DNA from: Mobula birostris
Lineage: Eukaryota
Direction of reading: 5' to 3'
Assembly (NCBI RefSeq): GCF_030028105.1
Contig: NC_092399.1
Span: forward strand, 14,404,881 to 14,468,880
DNA: 64,000 nucleotides
In this document: positions 11,101 to 26,100 of the stretch, one piece after another
How positions within the stretch are numbered: position 1 is the first letter of the stretch
How the letters are laid out: every line of letters begins with the position of its first letter
Translations under genes and position numbers: made by a program
The notes under the pieces: model-generated
The model's database searches: none
The model's input: the letters and a program-made list of their open reading frames with translations, nothing else
What the model was told of the DNA's origin: nothing

Positions 11101-14100
11101 TTTAGGCTCGGGTTAAATCGGGGGATTGCTGGGCAGCGCGGCTCAAAGGGCTGTCTCTCAATAAATAAATAAATCAGCTAGGTCGCTCAGCCATCTGAGG
11201 GTGCTTGCGTTCAGTATGCCCGAGGTTCAGTTCCTTGGATCTGTGAGGGACTTTGCGTACAAGTGTTTCCCAACATTTGGCTGAAAAGCAGCAGTTATGG
11301 TTGTGACACCTCAAAGGCAAAACCTGCGACTATGAAGTAATTTAATACTCCATCACTTGTGAAAGGCATTAGATAAACGCACATGAGAAAACTGCAGATG
11401 CTGGAAAACTCACACTGCCTGGCTTGCTGCGTTCCTCCAGCATTTTGTGTGTGTTGCGTTTATCCTTCAATCCATTTATACCCATTTTCATTTAAAGGTG
11501 ACAGCAAATTTTAAACTTAGCGTTTGGAAAACCTACCAGGAAAGTATCACCAGACCTATGAAACACAACTGACTTTACTCAGACTTACCAGGAGAGTATC
11601 GCCAGACAAATTAAACACAACTGACTTTACTCTGACTTACCAGTGTCTGAGATGGAAAATGAGAAATAACCACAAAACCTTCTGAACACACCACCGGTCA
11701 CATTTGCCATTCTTGGGCTACCTTGCCTGAAACAAGCAGTCACTGTTACATTTTATGGAGAGACATATAATGTCTTCTCTATCTCTTCCTTTTCAATTTT
11801 TCCAATGATCTTGTTTAGCGTGTATATGCAGCCGCAGTACAGTATTGGTTTGACATCCAGTGCCTGTTCCCAAAGAACCTGATCCATTCGTACAGCTGAG
11901 GGCAAATTGCATAGCTGTAAAAATTGTGTTTCGGAATGAATCCCGGGGAATTAGAAAATATATTCTGATGTAGTCTTGCAACTAGTGTAAATCAAGCATT
12001 ACAATTACAGAGCAACAGACACAAATTGTAGGTGGAACTCAGAAGGTCAGGCAGCATCTCAGGAAATTAATAAACAGACGATGTTTCAGGCTGAGGGCCT
12101 TCTTCAGGACTGGAAAGAATGGGGGGGGTGCGGGGTGTGACACCAGAATGAAAAGGGAGGGGAGGGGAGGGGAGGGGAAGGAGGATGACAGGTGAAGCCG
12201 GGTGGGTGGGAAAGGTCAAGGGCTGGAGAAGAAGCAATCTGACTGGAGAGAAGAGAGGACCACAGGAAGAGGGTCCGGGGGAGGTGAGACGAGGTAAGAG
12301 GCCAGAGTGGGGAATAGAAGAAGAGGGGAGGGGGAAGTAGTTTTTTTACTGGAAGGAGAAATTGATATTCACGCCATTGGGTTGGAGGCTACCCAGATGG
12401 AATATATGGTGTTGCTGCTTTACCCTGAGAGTGGCCTCATCTTAGCACAGGAGGAGGCCATGGACTGACATGTCAGAATGGGAGTGTGAATTGGAATTAG
12501 AATGTTTGGTCACTGGGAAGTTCCACTTTTGGTGGATAGAGCAGAGGTACTCGACAAAGCGGTCCCCCAATTTATGACGGCTCTCACCAATGGTAGAGGA
12601 GGCTGCATCGGGAGCACCGGACACAATAGACAGCCCTAGAAGATTCGCAAGGGAGGTGTTGCCTCGCCAGGGAGGACTGTTTGGGGCCCTGAATGGAGGC
12701 AAATGGAGGTAGCACTTGGGACACTCGCAGGGATAAGTGCTGGGAGGGAGATTAGTGCGGAGGGATGAATGGGCAAGGGAATCACAGAGGGAGCGATCCC
12801 GATGGAAAGCGGTAGGAGGGGCAGGTAAAGATTTGTTTATCAATTACAGGTTTGTCAGTTGTTAACCTATATAATAGGAATAGTATCTCCAAAAGATCAC
12901 AATCTTTAGTAACCACTGTGCACGTTCTGACATGTGTATAAGAAAAATGAGGATGAATAATGTCCCGGCAGTGATATTGACAAGCTTAGTAACCTGGTAA
13001 ACTAAACAAAATTTGTTCTTTCGACCTGTAATTTAATCAATCTTTTCATTCTAATGTCTTCTGTTCTCATCGCTATTTATTTCTGACCTTTAAGAAATTT
13101 GTATTCGGAACTGTGTTGTAAAGGTTATTAGACTGGAAATATTTGGGGGGGGGGAGGAGGGGTTGGGAAGCTGACTTAGAATGTACAACTTAGAATGATG
13201 CTATTTCCAACCAGCTGGTGGAAGCTGACCTTCGTGATCCAATTGAGTTTATTGATCTGTGGAACTGTATGATCTACTACTCATTGCAGACTAAATGGGA
13301 CCAAGAGGATAACAGCACCCGACTCGCTGACCGTATGGACGATGTGGAGCGATGGAAGGAACTTCTGGAGATTGCTCTTTGCGATATTAATGCTGAAATA
13401 GATGGTTTAACCAAAGTAAGTTTAACTATACTGTGTAGTTCCTCCTGATCTCAGAATTATTACATTTTGAAAGCATTGCATTGCGCAAACATGAAGGTAC
13501 AAACCTTGGATTCAGGTTATTGTATTTGAGGGTTTTCACTGATAATATTTGAACAATGAGGATGGAGGAAAAGTGAGGAAACTTCGTAAAGTCGGACAAC
13601 AAATCGTCTTACTTAATCTGGGTGAATGTCAGGCGGAACTTTCTAAACTAGCCTGAAAAAAAATGTCCTGCCTTAGCTGAGCCTCAGAGATACAAGCTTT
13701 GTTGCTTCTTCACTTACCCTGGGTCCCTCGTATTTTCCAACCTTCCCACTTACTTTCTAACAACATCCATTTCCCTTGTCGCACCTCCACGGTACGGTAA
13801 AGACCCAGGCACTGAAATCAAATGCAAACTTCACACCACAGCGAAAATTAGAGTGATCCTTCTATCTGTGTAGTTTAAGGATTTAATCAATGTTTTCTTT
13901 ATCCAGAGAACACCTAATAGGTTTAAGATTACTTAATGTCACCTCCAGTACACAAGTGTAATGGAGAATGAAGTAATTGCTACTTCAGATCTGGTGCAGC
14001 ACAAAAAAAAACCACGCAATAAGATAAAGAACACAATAATAAAACACATTAAATATAAATACATAAGATAGTTTATATACATTGATTGATTGTATATCCA

Positions 14101-17100
14101 TAGGTACAGGATTGTCAGAGCACAAGGTGACTGACAGGAAATGATAAAGTAGTGGTGGTGGGGGGTGTGGAGGTGGAGGTGTTGATCAGCCTTACTGCTT
14201 CGGGAAAGTAATACTTCTAAATTATTCAACCTGATCAAAGTTAATATATATTTTTACGTGGAGGGAGGTATATTTTCATACAGTTGAGTAGTTTTAATTG
14301 ACCCCTTCCAGACTAAGGAAGAAGCAGAACGTGCTTTAGAAGCCAAGAACCTAAATCTGGATGTTGCCATCGAGTCTCTAACTTTACGGGAAGGTCGGCA
14401 GGACATTGATCTTGTGACAGACCAAGTGCATGAACAGCTGCTTAAGGAGGTTGAGGTGATTGATGGTTCAAAGAAAGCACTTCAGCAAAAAGTCAGTGAA
14501 GCCTTTGAACAACTCAGGTATGTGCAAACATCTGCCTGTAACTTATTAGTATCTCTGATCACTTGTGACATCTTGCGTTACTCATATCCAGTATATTTTG
14601 AAATCTACTAAGTTATCCAAAAGTGTAGTGCGACCAGAACTAGAGGACAATGGTTAAGGCTGAAAGGTGAAATATTTAAGGCGAACCAGAGGGGAATCTT
14701 CTTTATTTATTTAGAGAAGTACAGCAGATACTTGCACCTCACTGAGCCGCACTGCCTGGCATCCCTCAACTTAGCCCTAGCCTCATCACAGGACAACTTG
14801 CAATGACCAATGAACCTACTAACCGATAGGTTTTTGGACTGTGGGAGGAAACAGGAGCACCCGGAGGTAACCCATGCATGCACAGGAAGAACGTACAGAC
14901 TTGCTTACAGAGGTGCGCAGGAATTGAACTCCCAGCACCCAGACTGCAATAGCGACACTACGCTGCCACAGCGCAGAGGGTAGTGCGAGTGTGGAACTAT
15001 CTGCCAGTGGAAGTGGTGGATGCAGGTTCAATTGCAACATGGATAGGAGTATGAAGGGCTATGGTCCAGGCACGGCTCAAAAGGACTAGACAGAATAATA
15101 GTTCAGCTTGGTCAAGATGGGCTGAAGGGTCTGTTTCTTTACTATCGTGCTCTATAACTTTCCACTTTCATTTAGAACTCTACAAATGCAGTCCCTGAAC
15201 CAACTACTGTGAAATGATTTGGTTCCCTTCTCAATCCTCTTGTGGAGGAACAATGATCTTGCCTTTGGATTATCCATAGACATACAATATCTAGATTTCA
15301 ACTGCCCTGAACTTCAATTAATCTCCATAGTTCAATATGCACTTAAACTCTTCCAAAGCTCTGCACTCACATCTTACTGGCTCAAAGTCCTGTTATGTAT
15401 CACTCTTGTTCTAACCAAATTATCTAAGTCCCAGTTCTCCCGGTTGTGTTGAACTAACATGCAAGGAAAAGGTCCATTGTTGAAATGTTATCCGTTTTCA
15501 AAATTTTTCCTTCTAACTTTAGTTTCTCTTCCATCTTCCCTCTCCGTCTTCCAAGATTGAAGCTTTAAGGCGTTGGAATCTACATGGAAAAACTCTAAAC
15601 TTGGTAGGGTAGTGGTTAGCACAAGGCTTTGCAGAGTGCCAGGAGTAAGATCAGGTTCAATCCCACCACTGTAAAGGAGTTTGTATGCTCTCACCGTGAC
15701 CATGTGGGGCTCTGATTCCAAAGACATATATTTACAACTGGTGAGTTTTTATTGCAACATTCAAAATGATTGTCCATGCCTTCATAGCTCCTAATTTGTT
15801 GAAGTAGTGAAGTGTTTTATTTTCACTCCAGGCCATTTTTGACATCTCCAAGTCCGAATTCTTGAAACCACAGTAAGCAAAATCATTCTGAATTGTTATA
15901 AATTGAGAGTTTATTACTCGCCAAATATCAGTGACAAAAATCTCTTTTTTTTTTAACACAGTAAGTGACGTTATTTAAAAACTGTTCACTCTAAGCACAG
16001 TGTAGTGTCTAATGGCCACACGACATGCCCATGGCTAATGCCGGTTAGAAAATGTTCGGCAATAATGCCCTGCCCCAATTAAGCCGCTTAGGATCTCAAA
16101 TAAATGAAGGGAATCCCATCTTTTTTATCAATTTGTTTTTGTTCTTTTAGCCTCATCTCAAATAAGCAACTGTCCCAATTAACCAGAATCCACTGTTTTG
16201 GAAAATCCTATTGTTACGTACCCCGTAACTGGGTTGCCCAACCAGCAGAAATGGATCACTCAGTTGGAGTCTGGATTACTAGAACTAAGAAAGTTTTATT
16301 AAAGAAACAAGCAACACAGTAATCGAAAGGATAATAAATGCAACAGTTCAGCAATGATAACCACATGTGCACAGAATTAAGATAACAGCATCAATCAAGC
16401 TCTATCGTTGTCTAGGGATAAATGACCAATTTCAAAGTGACACAAAGTTCAGTCTGATTTAGTAGTTCAGTTCGCAGTAATCGTTGCCATGGCGATGGAC
16501 AACGTGGGGGGGGGGAGACAGAGAGAGAGAACGGGAACGACTGATCATTCAGACACGTCTTCCACTCACAGACCAGCGATATGGCTCACAAGCAGCTTTT
16601 GGGCAGGTCCTTGGTGATGTCACCTGAGGTCACCGACTGCGACCCCTCCTCCAGATGCGGTCGATCCTCTGCAGTGAACTCGGCACCCAAGCAAGGGCGG
16701 ACACACACCAGGTTCCCGCTGATCGTACCTTTCCACCCTGTGCGTTGTCCGGTACTTCCCACCGACTCGTGAGAGGCGCACCGCTTCCAGGGTCTCGTTA
16801 CCTCGGGTGTCATGTGTGTGTCCTGCCTTAGCGAACCTGTCCCTTTTTATCCCCCTGCTGGGGTATCGCCTGTCCATCACTTCAAACAGTTCAGGGTTCA
16901 AAGGGGGAGCCGCTCCAGACAGCTCTCTCTCTCTCCCGTCCCTTCATTACACATCTCCAGACGCTGCTCCATTGTTCCTTATCTCTCCTTCCCCTGAGGA
17001 CAGGTGGCAAACCAACTGCTGACCTCACAGGACAGCTAACATCTATGTGTATTCTCGCCACACTATATAGATTCCAGACAACATCTTTAGAAGACACATT

Positions 17101-20100
17101 TTTCTTTCCCCATCAACATTCTAGAAGTACTGTTCCCTCCCTTAATGTGTTAATTTGCTCTTCCGTTTCCACCACCAGCCAGTATTTGCGGGAAGTCATC
17201 TGCCCTTCTCACCGTCTCCAGACCCAGGTTCTTTCTGATAAAGCAGTGATTGACCTGCATTTTTTTTTGCATTTAGTGTTCTGCTCCATGGTTGGGGGGA
17301 CCAAAAGTGGAATGGGTGGCTTCTTTGCACACTACCCCCAGTCAGTCCTCAAGGGTAACCCTGTGCTCCTTACTGCCTGCCACCTTAACTCTCCGTCCCA
17401 CTTCTACAATATGCCTTCTGGTCTATTGCTGCCCTTGGGATTTAAGATTAAAAAAAAACAACGGCAGAAAATCTACATTTTTGGTTGGTTTCAGAACAAA
17501 CCAGTTGGAATGCAAGGTCATCGTCTTGCAACACTTACCTCTCTTTCTTCAGTGCTGTTCCCCAACCTGAATACTGCCAGCAATCTGTTTTCACTTCAGA
17601 TTTTTAACACTACTTCCCAGAATATCTCCAGTCCACTGGGTTAACCCCAACTTTCCTTTTGCCTGTCACATTATGTTCCACCTCACTCCCTCAGGCCAGT
17701 TCTGATGAGAAGAAGTCAATCTCCATCAGTAACTGCTTCTCTCTCCGCAGATGCTGCCTGGCCTGTGAAGAACTTTGAGTATTCCCTGTTTTTGTTCTCC
17801 AGCCTGTTGATACATTAGGGACATTGAAGAGACTCTTATATGGTCACATGGTGATTGAAAAATGGAGGGCTATGTGGGAAGGAAGGGTTAGATTGATCTT
17901 AGAATAGGTTAAAACTTTGAGACAATGCCATCGTCTGAAGGGCCAGTAATGTGCTGTATTATTCTATGTTCTGATCCCCAACACTTATCCTCTCCCCTCC
18001 TGTTTTTACTCTTTTCATTCTATTCATACCTTCTACAAATAGACCTATCTGCAAGTAACCAGCTTTCTCAGCTGGAATTTGTCTCCTCGTCCTATCACAG
18101 ACATTCCTTTCATCCTTTCCACCAAGTTTCTCTGCAAGTTACCTGATTTTGAGATTTTTCCCATTTCTGAAACGGTCTAGGTATTTGTGCAGAGCCCTGG
18201 AGTAGGACCTGCATCCACAACCTTATTGACTCGAGGTGAGATTGCGTTCTCAGCTGGCCCAATTGATTGACTGGACGGACGTCCTGTTGTTTTCTTTTCT
18301 TCATGCAGCTTGTTAATGGAAGCACGCCAGCAGCTGATCTTTGACATCAAGAATAAAAGGGAAGCTCTGAATACTGATGGAGTGGCCCTGTCTCTCAACA
18401 ATAATTCCCCAAATATTTCACTCAAACCCAACCCACTGCGTATCCCTCCTGGGTAAGAAAATCTTTTTTGTCCGATGTGGATTGTTCTCAGTGCTTCGTT
18501 TCAGTTCTGTACTCTTCCACCCGTCACTCCAAAGACAAACAGGTTTCCCCCTTTTGATTATGATGAACTATGGCTATAATTTCGGCAGCATATTGACCAA
18601 TTAACTCCTCTTCTAGGCATCCATGTTATTAGGCTGAGGTTGACTAAGTGATCACAAACTAGAAGCTTGAATGAGATTAACCTATCTAGTGGTCAATTTA
18701 CCCACTGAGCCAATGCAGTTTGACCTTTGTACTGAAAAAGGTCTTGGATTGAGGCCAGGCAGCAACTCTCAGACACCTTCTGCACCCTCACCAACCCCAT
18801 CAGCTCTGGAGATCTCCCAACCACTGCCACTAACCTCATTACTCTGCCTGCTCTTTTCTACCTCCTGCCCAAGATCCACAAACCTGACTGTCCAGGTAGG
18901 CCCATTATTTCTGTCCTCAACTGTTACCTGTGGCAGAGAACTCCACAGATTCACCACTCTCTGTGTGAAGAAGTTTTTCCTCATCTCGGTCCTAAAAGGC
19001 TTCCCCTTTATCCTCAAACTGTGACCCCTCCTTCTGGACTTCCCCAACATCAGGAACAATCTTCCTGCATCTAGCCTGTCCAATCCCTTTAGAATTTTAT
19101 ACGTTTCAATCAGATCCCCCCTCAATCTTCTAAATTCCAGAGAGTATAAGCCTAGTCGATCCAGTGAAAGCTTAGTTATGTTGAGTATCAAGAAAACACC
19201 CTGTGAATATGACAGTCGTTCTGAGCTATTGTTAAATCAATCTTCAGCACACCGACTTGGAATTGGTTTATTGTTCCACGATACAGTGAAAAGCGCTTTT
19301 TGCATACTGTTGATACAGATCAAATCATTATACAGTGCATTAAGGTATCGCAAGGATAAAATTAGCTGTCATAGAAACTAGCCTCCGTAGTATCCAAGGC
19401 ATCTTCAAGGAGCGATGCCTCAGAAAGGCAGCATCCATCATTAAGGGCCCCCACCACCCAGGACATGCCTTCTTCTCATTGTTACCATCAGGTAGGAGGT
19501 ACAGGAGCCTGAAGGCACATACTCAGTGATTCAGGAACAGCTTCTTCCCCTCTGCCATCTGATTCCTAAATGGACATTGAACGTGAACACTACCTCGCTT
19601 CTTTTTTATTTCTGTTTTTGCACTATTTATTGAATTTAACTATTTAATATACATTGTATTTGCATTTGATTTGTATGTTTTTCTTTCTCTTGCGCATCGA
19701 GTGTTGGTCTTTTATTTTTAATTTTATTTTTTAATTGGGTTCTTTCGGGTTTATTGCTTGGTGGCTACCAGTGGGCAAACAAATCTCAAGGTTGTATAAT
19801 TTATACATTCTTTGATAATAAATGTACTTGAATCTTGAATATGCATACTTACAGTAATTCTGTCTTTTTCTCTATATTTATCTTGCATTGCTTGTACTGC
19901 TGCTGCTAAGACAAATTTCATGATATATGCCGGCGAGATTCTGATTTTGAAAAGTAAATCAGAAATGAGTACGTTTATGAGTACACTCAATTTCCCCCGA
20001 GATCAATAAAGTATATCTATCTACCTATCTATATTGTGGCCAATTGTAGCTTCTCAACTGCTGTCTTAGCTGAATACCTAATTCAGTTTGGCCACGTCAG

Positions 20101-23100
20101 CAATGATGTCCTCTAGCTTAGTACCACACAATTTATCATCATTCAGTAACCAAATAAATAGACCTAGGATATTCTCCAATGAGATGGTCACCTAAATTCA
20201 GGAAGCAGAAAAGACTAAACTAAAAATGATGAGGGTGGGGAAGAATGAGTTCACCTCTGTTTTTGTTGTTGCCTGCTTTGGGTAGATTAACCACTGTTCA
20301 GCAGTGGGATATGTTCAGCCGTTACAACAAGGACCGTGCAGAGGCAGAGATGAAAGCTTCAACTAGTCTTCGTGAGGCGATTCAAGCCACCATTAAACAC
20401 GTAAGTCTTAATGAGAACTTCTAATCACCTCCTTATAGGACCTGCAAAAGCTGAAATCTGTGTCAAGGAGATTTATGTTAGACCATAAGATAATAAGACA
20501 TAGGAGCAGAATTAGGCTATCTGGCCCATTGAGTCTGCTCCACCATTCAATCATGGCTGATCCTTTTTTTCTATCTCCTCCTCAACCCCGTTTCCCGGCC
20601 TTCTCCCCGTAGCCTTTGATGCCATGTCCAATCCAGAACCCATCAACCTCTGCCTTAAATACAGCCAACAACCTGGCCTCCACAGATGCACGTGGCAACA
20701 AATTCCACAAATTCACCACCCTTTGGCTAAAGAAATTTCTCCACGTCTCTGTTTCGAAAGGGCGCCTCTTTATCCCGAGGCTGTGCCCTCTTGTCCTAGA
20801 CTCCCCCACCACGGGAAACATCCTTTCTACATCTACTCTGTCTAGGCCTTTTGACATTCGAAAGGTTTCAATCAGATCCCCCTCATCCTCCTGAATTCCA
20901 GCAAGTACAGACCCAGAGCCATCAAATGTTTCTCATATGATAACCCTTTCATTCCTGGAATCATCCTTGTGAACCTCCTCTGGATCCTCTCCAATGCCAG
21001 CACATCTTTTGGAAGATGAGAGGCCCAAAACTGTTTACAATACTCAAGGTGAGTCTCACCAGTGCCTTAGAAAGCCTCAGTATCACATCCTTACTCTTGT
21101 ATTCTAGGCCTCTTGAAATGAATGCTAACATGACATTTGTCTTCCTCATCACTGACTCAGCCTGCAAGTTAACCTTCAGGGTGTTCTGCACAAGAACTCC
21201 CAAGTCCTTCTGCATCTCAGATTCCTGGATTTCCTCTGTTTATAAAATAGTCTACACATTTATTTCTACTACCAAAATGCAAGACCATGCATTTTCCAAC
21301 ATTGTATTTCATTTGCCACTTTCTTGCCCATTCTGCTAATCTGTTTAAGTCCTTCTGCAGCCTATCCGTTTCCTCAACATTAACTGCCCCTGCACCAATC
21401 TTCATATCATCTGCAAACTTGGCAACGAAACCATCTATTCCATCATCTAAATCATTTACATACAGCATAAAAAGAAGTGGTCCCAACACTGACCCCTGTG
21501 GAACACCACAAGTCACTGGCAGCCAACCAGAAAAGGATCCTTTTATTCCCACTCACTGCCTCCTGCCAATCAGCCAATGCTCTAAACATGTCAGTAACTT
21601 TCCTGTAATACCATGGGCTCTTAACTTAGTAAGCAGCCTCATGTGTGGCACCTTGTCAAAGGATTTCTGAAAGTCCAAATATACAACCTCTACTACATCC
21701 CCTTTATCTATCCTATTTGTAATCTCCACAGGGAATTCCAACTGGTTCACCAGGCAGGATTTTCCCTGAAAGAAACCATGCTGACTTTGTACTATCTTGT
21801 CCTGTGTCACCTAGTACTCCATCACCTCATCCTTAACAATTGATTCTAACATCTTCCCAATCACTGAGATTGCATTATTGTTAATCTTAAGCAAAGTAGA
21901 TGCAAGATCAAAACTGCCTGTTGTGTAATTAATATTTCAGTAATATTTGAGTAATCTTGTCAATCTATTGTTTGCTTAAGCATTCTTGTTTGTTTATATA
22001 ATTCATTATGGATTATACATTAAAATACATGCTAATTGCATAGGTCATCACACTACCATGTAATATGTGCACGCTTCACTTAAAGTAAATTCAAATTTAG
22101 ACCACATTTTCAGACTCCCTTGTCTTCCTTTGAATTTACTTAATGTTTTGAAGTTACAAAACATAAGACTGCCTTGCTCCAGTATCTGATACGGCTACTC
22201 CAAAATAATTATTATATTTATAATAGTGATTATAAAGGGAAGGTTCTAAGATGAGGAGTTAAAAAAATTCACAATGTCAATAAAAAGTTTAGTAAATTGT
22301 CCTCCAGTCAGCAAGTTCTTGAGATATGTGTGTCACATGGGATGTGAAGGGGAAAGAGTGAGACCTTTTGAAAAAGGATAAGGATGAACAGACAAGAGGT
22401 ATTTTGGAAAATGAAATGACCCATAACTCAATTCCTGATTTTTGTCCTTGCAGACCGATAATGAAATGGGGGCACAGCGAGTTGCCACAGACTTTGCCTT
22501 CAGGAAGAGAATTCATGAGTTTGAACAGGCCCTTAATGAACTAAAGTGGCAGGAGGAAAATGTAATGGACTTCATTCTATTTGGACACCGTTTTTGTTTG
22601 ATTATATCTAAAGCTTGTTGAAACATGTATATTTCTAATTTATAGAATGATCAAGTCAGAACGACAGAATATTTATTTACCTTTAATTACTGCCCATTAT
22701 GCCAGTGGTGTTTAAGGCAGCAATGAAGGTCCTCTATCTCTGTCTGTCCTTGGCCATCTTCTCTTGTGTGCCCCAGGTGTGGTTCAGGGTCCTCATTTCT
22801 GCCTCTTTGGTACGGCGCCAAGTTGTCTTTGGTCTCCTGTGTTTCCTCCACATTTCAGGGGTCCATCCCAGCTTGCTCTTTCCTCAAGCACCCATCGATA
22901 GCATCTGTAATTCATTGGACAATGACTCTGGCAAGAATCTCGCTGGCTGCTGACGAAAGTGTGATGCCACGCCAGTTGTTGCAATCACTTAGCGCTCCTT
23001 TCTTAGGGATCCTAACAATGACTCTCTTTGTCCAGTACTTGTCCCCTTTCCCAGATTATTGTGAACAGTGGCTGCTGCGGCCTCTGGTTCAGCTTTGAAC

Positions 23101-26100
23101 AGTTCGGCATTCTAAAGGTTGTGTCTTCTTTACCTGTGCTGGTACTCAAATTAGATATCAATGTTGAGCCTCGAACAGCAGATTGAAATCTCTGTGCATT
23201 ATATACAGTGTAAGATAGATAGATACTTTATTGATCCCAAAGGAAATTACTGTGTCACAGTAGCATTACAAGTGCACAGAGATACAAATATTAGAAGAAA
23301 AGTAAGGGGAATAAACCCTCAAACAGTCTAACAGGAGGGGGTCATCACTTACCCAGCTATAGGTTGACACATTATAGAGCCTAACGGCCAAGAGTAAGAA
23401 TGACCTCATATAGCACTCTTTGGAGCAGTGCAGTTGTCTCAGTCTATTACTAAGAGTGTTCCTTTGTTCAACCAAGTTGAGTAACATTGTCCAGAGTTGC
23501 CAGGATTTTCTGCAGGGTCCTTCGTTCTACCGCAGTCTTCAGTGTGTCCAGCTTGACTTCTATAGCACAGCCAGCCTTTCTAATCAGTTTGTTGAGCCTG
23601 TTGGCATCACCCGTGTTGGCCACCACCTCATAGAAGATCGTACTGGCCACATAGATTGACAATTGAGTCTTGAGATAAGCGAAATGTAACCAAAGCCAGG
23701 CGCAATAATACCATTGTTTAGTTTCTTAAAGAAGAGTACAATGAGTATTATTGCACCTGGCTTTCTTCAGGAAAGGATGAGATGTTTACTTCATAGCTTT
23801 GGATCAACTTATCCAAACAAGCCAATTTCACAAATTGTATCCTCTGGTCTAGAACTTTAATATTGAGAAAGTTGACCATTATGTTGAAAAAATTGAGTCT
23901 GACTTGTTCTAAAAATTGTGTTGATTTTTTTTACTACAAAATAAACTCCATATCACTGAAAAATTAATTTTGTTCATTTAATTACTAATTACTTTAATAT
24001 TTTCTCCTTTTGTATTTCACACTCAGACAATTTCTTAGTCATTTTGATTTCTGTACACGATTAACATTGAATTGAATACTTTACTTTCCAGTTTTTTTGC
24101 TTCAGTAAGGATTATTTAGCAAGATTAATCAAAGAAACACATTGTTGCCAGCCAGTTAATATATTCAGCAACGTTGTGATTTCTGCATCAAACTGCATGT
24201 GTTTAGACGGCTGTCTGATTTTGTCCTTAATGGGAAGTGTATGCAGAAGCCTTTGTTATTCCTCACTGGTAGCCACTCAAGGTTCCAGTCTTTGTGTTGG
24301 AGGATGTAACTTGCACTTTTGTCCGATATTCTGCACTTTCTCTTTTTGTGAAGCTACCTGTCCTGTTTTTTTTCTGTTGTAACAAATATTTTAGTTTCCT
24401 GTGTCATTGTTCTCACTCAGATCTTGGAGGAGATTGCAGATCTGGAAGAAGAAATTCGACACCTTGAAGCAGATCTTCGAGCTAAGACTGCGCCTTTGAA
24501 GGTGGCCCACACGAGACTTGAAACTCGTACCTACAGACCCAATGTTGATCTCACTAGAGATGAAGTAAGAATGAAAGCTTATTACATCATAGTGGTTCTA
24601 CCTCAGTTAGGACTTTTGACACTGTTTTGGTTTCTGGCTGAGCCAACAAGTGAGCAACAAACTAAACCCTCTCTCCCGGGGTGGAAATTTCCTCCTTTTA
24701 TCTCTTCAATTTCCTGTTCCTGCTGCTGCTGAATTCTTCATATGTACCTTTAGAGGGTTCAAAGGGGGTTCACAGAAATGATTCTGGGATTGAAAGGCTT
24801 GTCACATGAGGAGCATTTGATGGCTCTGGGACTGTACTCACTGGAATTCAGAAGAATGAGGGGTGACCTCATTGAAACCTATCGAATGGTGAAAGGCCTT
24901 GATAGAGTGGATGTGGAGAGGATGTTTCCTATGGTGAGAGAGTCTAAGACCAGAGGACACGGCCTCAGAATAGAGGGCTGTCCTTTTAGAATGGAGATGA
25001 GGAGGAATTTCTTAAGCCAAAGAGTGGTGCATCTGTGGAATCGGTTGCCACAGGAGGCTGTGGAGGCCAAGTCATTGGGTATATTTAAGGCAGAGGTTGA
25101 TAGATCCTTGATTAGTCGGGGCATGAAGGGATACAGGGAGAAGGCAGGAGATTGGGGCTGAGAGGGAAAATGGATCAGCCATGTTGAAATGGTGGAGCAG
25201 ACTCAATGGGCCAAATGGCCAAATTCTGCTCCGATATCTCATGGTCTTGTGGTCTAAATATTGCCATTGTATAGTACTGATGGGAGGATATGCCTAATGA
25301 AATTATATTGTATGATTACAACTTTCCCATACCACATACAATGCAGAGGATGCGAATTACTGATTAATAAAATAGAGGGAGAACTATCTTCATTCGCCGT
25401 AATGTGATTTGTTGAAGATGGAATGATGACCACTGTCAGTAGCAAATGTTTTGTTTCTGCAGGCACAGTATGGATTGATAGATGAGGTACACCAGTTGGA
25501 GGGGACCATCGCTGCCCTCAAAGAGAAACTTGGTCAATCTCAGTAAGTTGTATGTACTCAACTCACACATTAGCTTTCACACAGAAAACAACTTCTCCAA
25601 TGTAGGTGCCAAAAGCACTCATTATATTAATTTCAGATTTTGAAACGATATAGTTTTGTCTAGAGACTGCATTGTAGAAGTTTCAGAACTATTGGCCTGC
25701 CATTTCCTTTCTCAAAATATGGTCCACTCAAACCCTTATCATCATGAATCTTAGTGGATTTTTGTTCATTAAACAATGTGAATGTTTTCCACTTGAACAA
25801 AATTAGATCTACGGTACATTCCTAATATTCCGTCAAGGAAAATCAAGGCAATTTTCCTCTGTTAATGATTGCAACTCTGGCAGTCATTTCCTTGTGGGAA
25901 AGACCTACCTCCACATGGTGGCGCTGTTGAGATAAGTAGGAGGTACTTGCAAAGTTCTGCTGTAAATGACTTCAATGCAATCGCTGACAGAGGAAACAGT
26001 CATTGTGGAAATTGTGTGAAACCTCAAAAGGCCCCAAAATTGTGAGGCTGATTGTGAATTGCAGAGTTTACTGGACTGTGATAAATGTTACATTATTCTG

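Noticed and set aside
17045-17644. 199-aa ORF, the longest in the track
   Set aside because: No recognisable domain; it overlaps the LTR end and a decayed Penelope-like remnant within a TEKT2 intron.
17695-17740. CTGATGA hammerhead-like motif
   Set aside because: GAAA and stem II are missing; too decayed to count.
20582-21810. Functional reverse transcriptase gene (also 61758-63178)
   Set aside because: 5'-truncated CR1 copies broken by frameshifts and stops.
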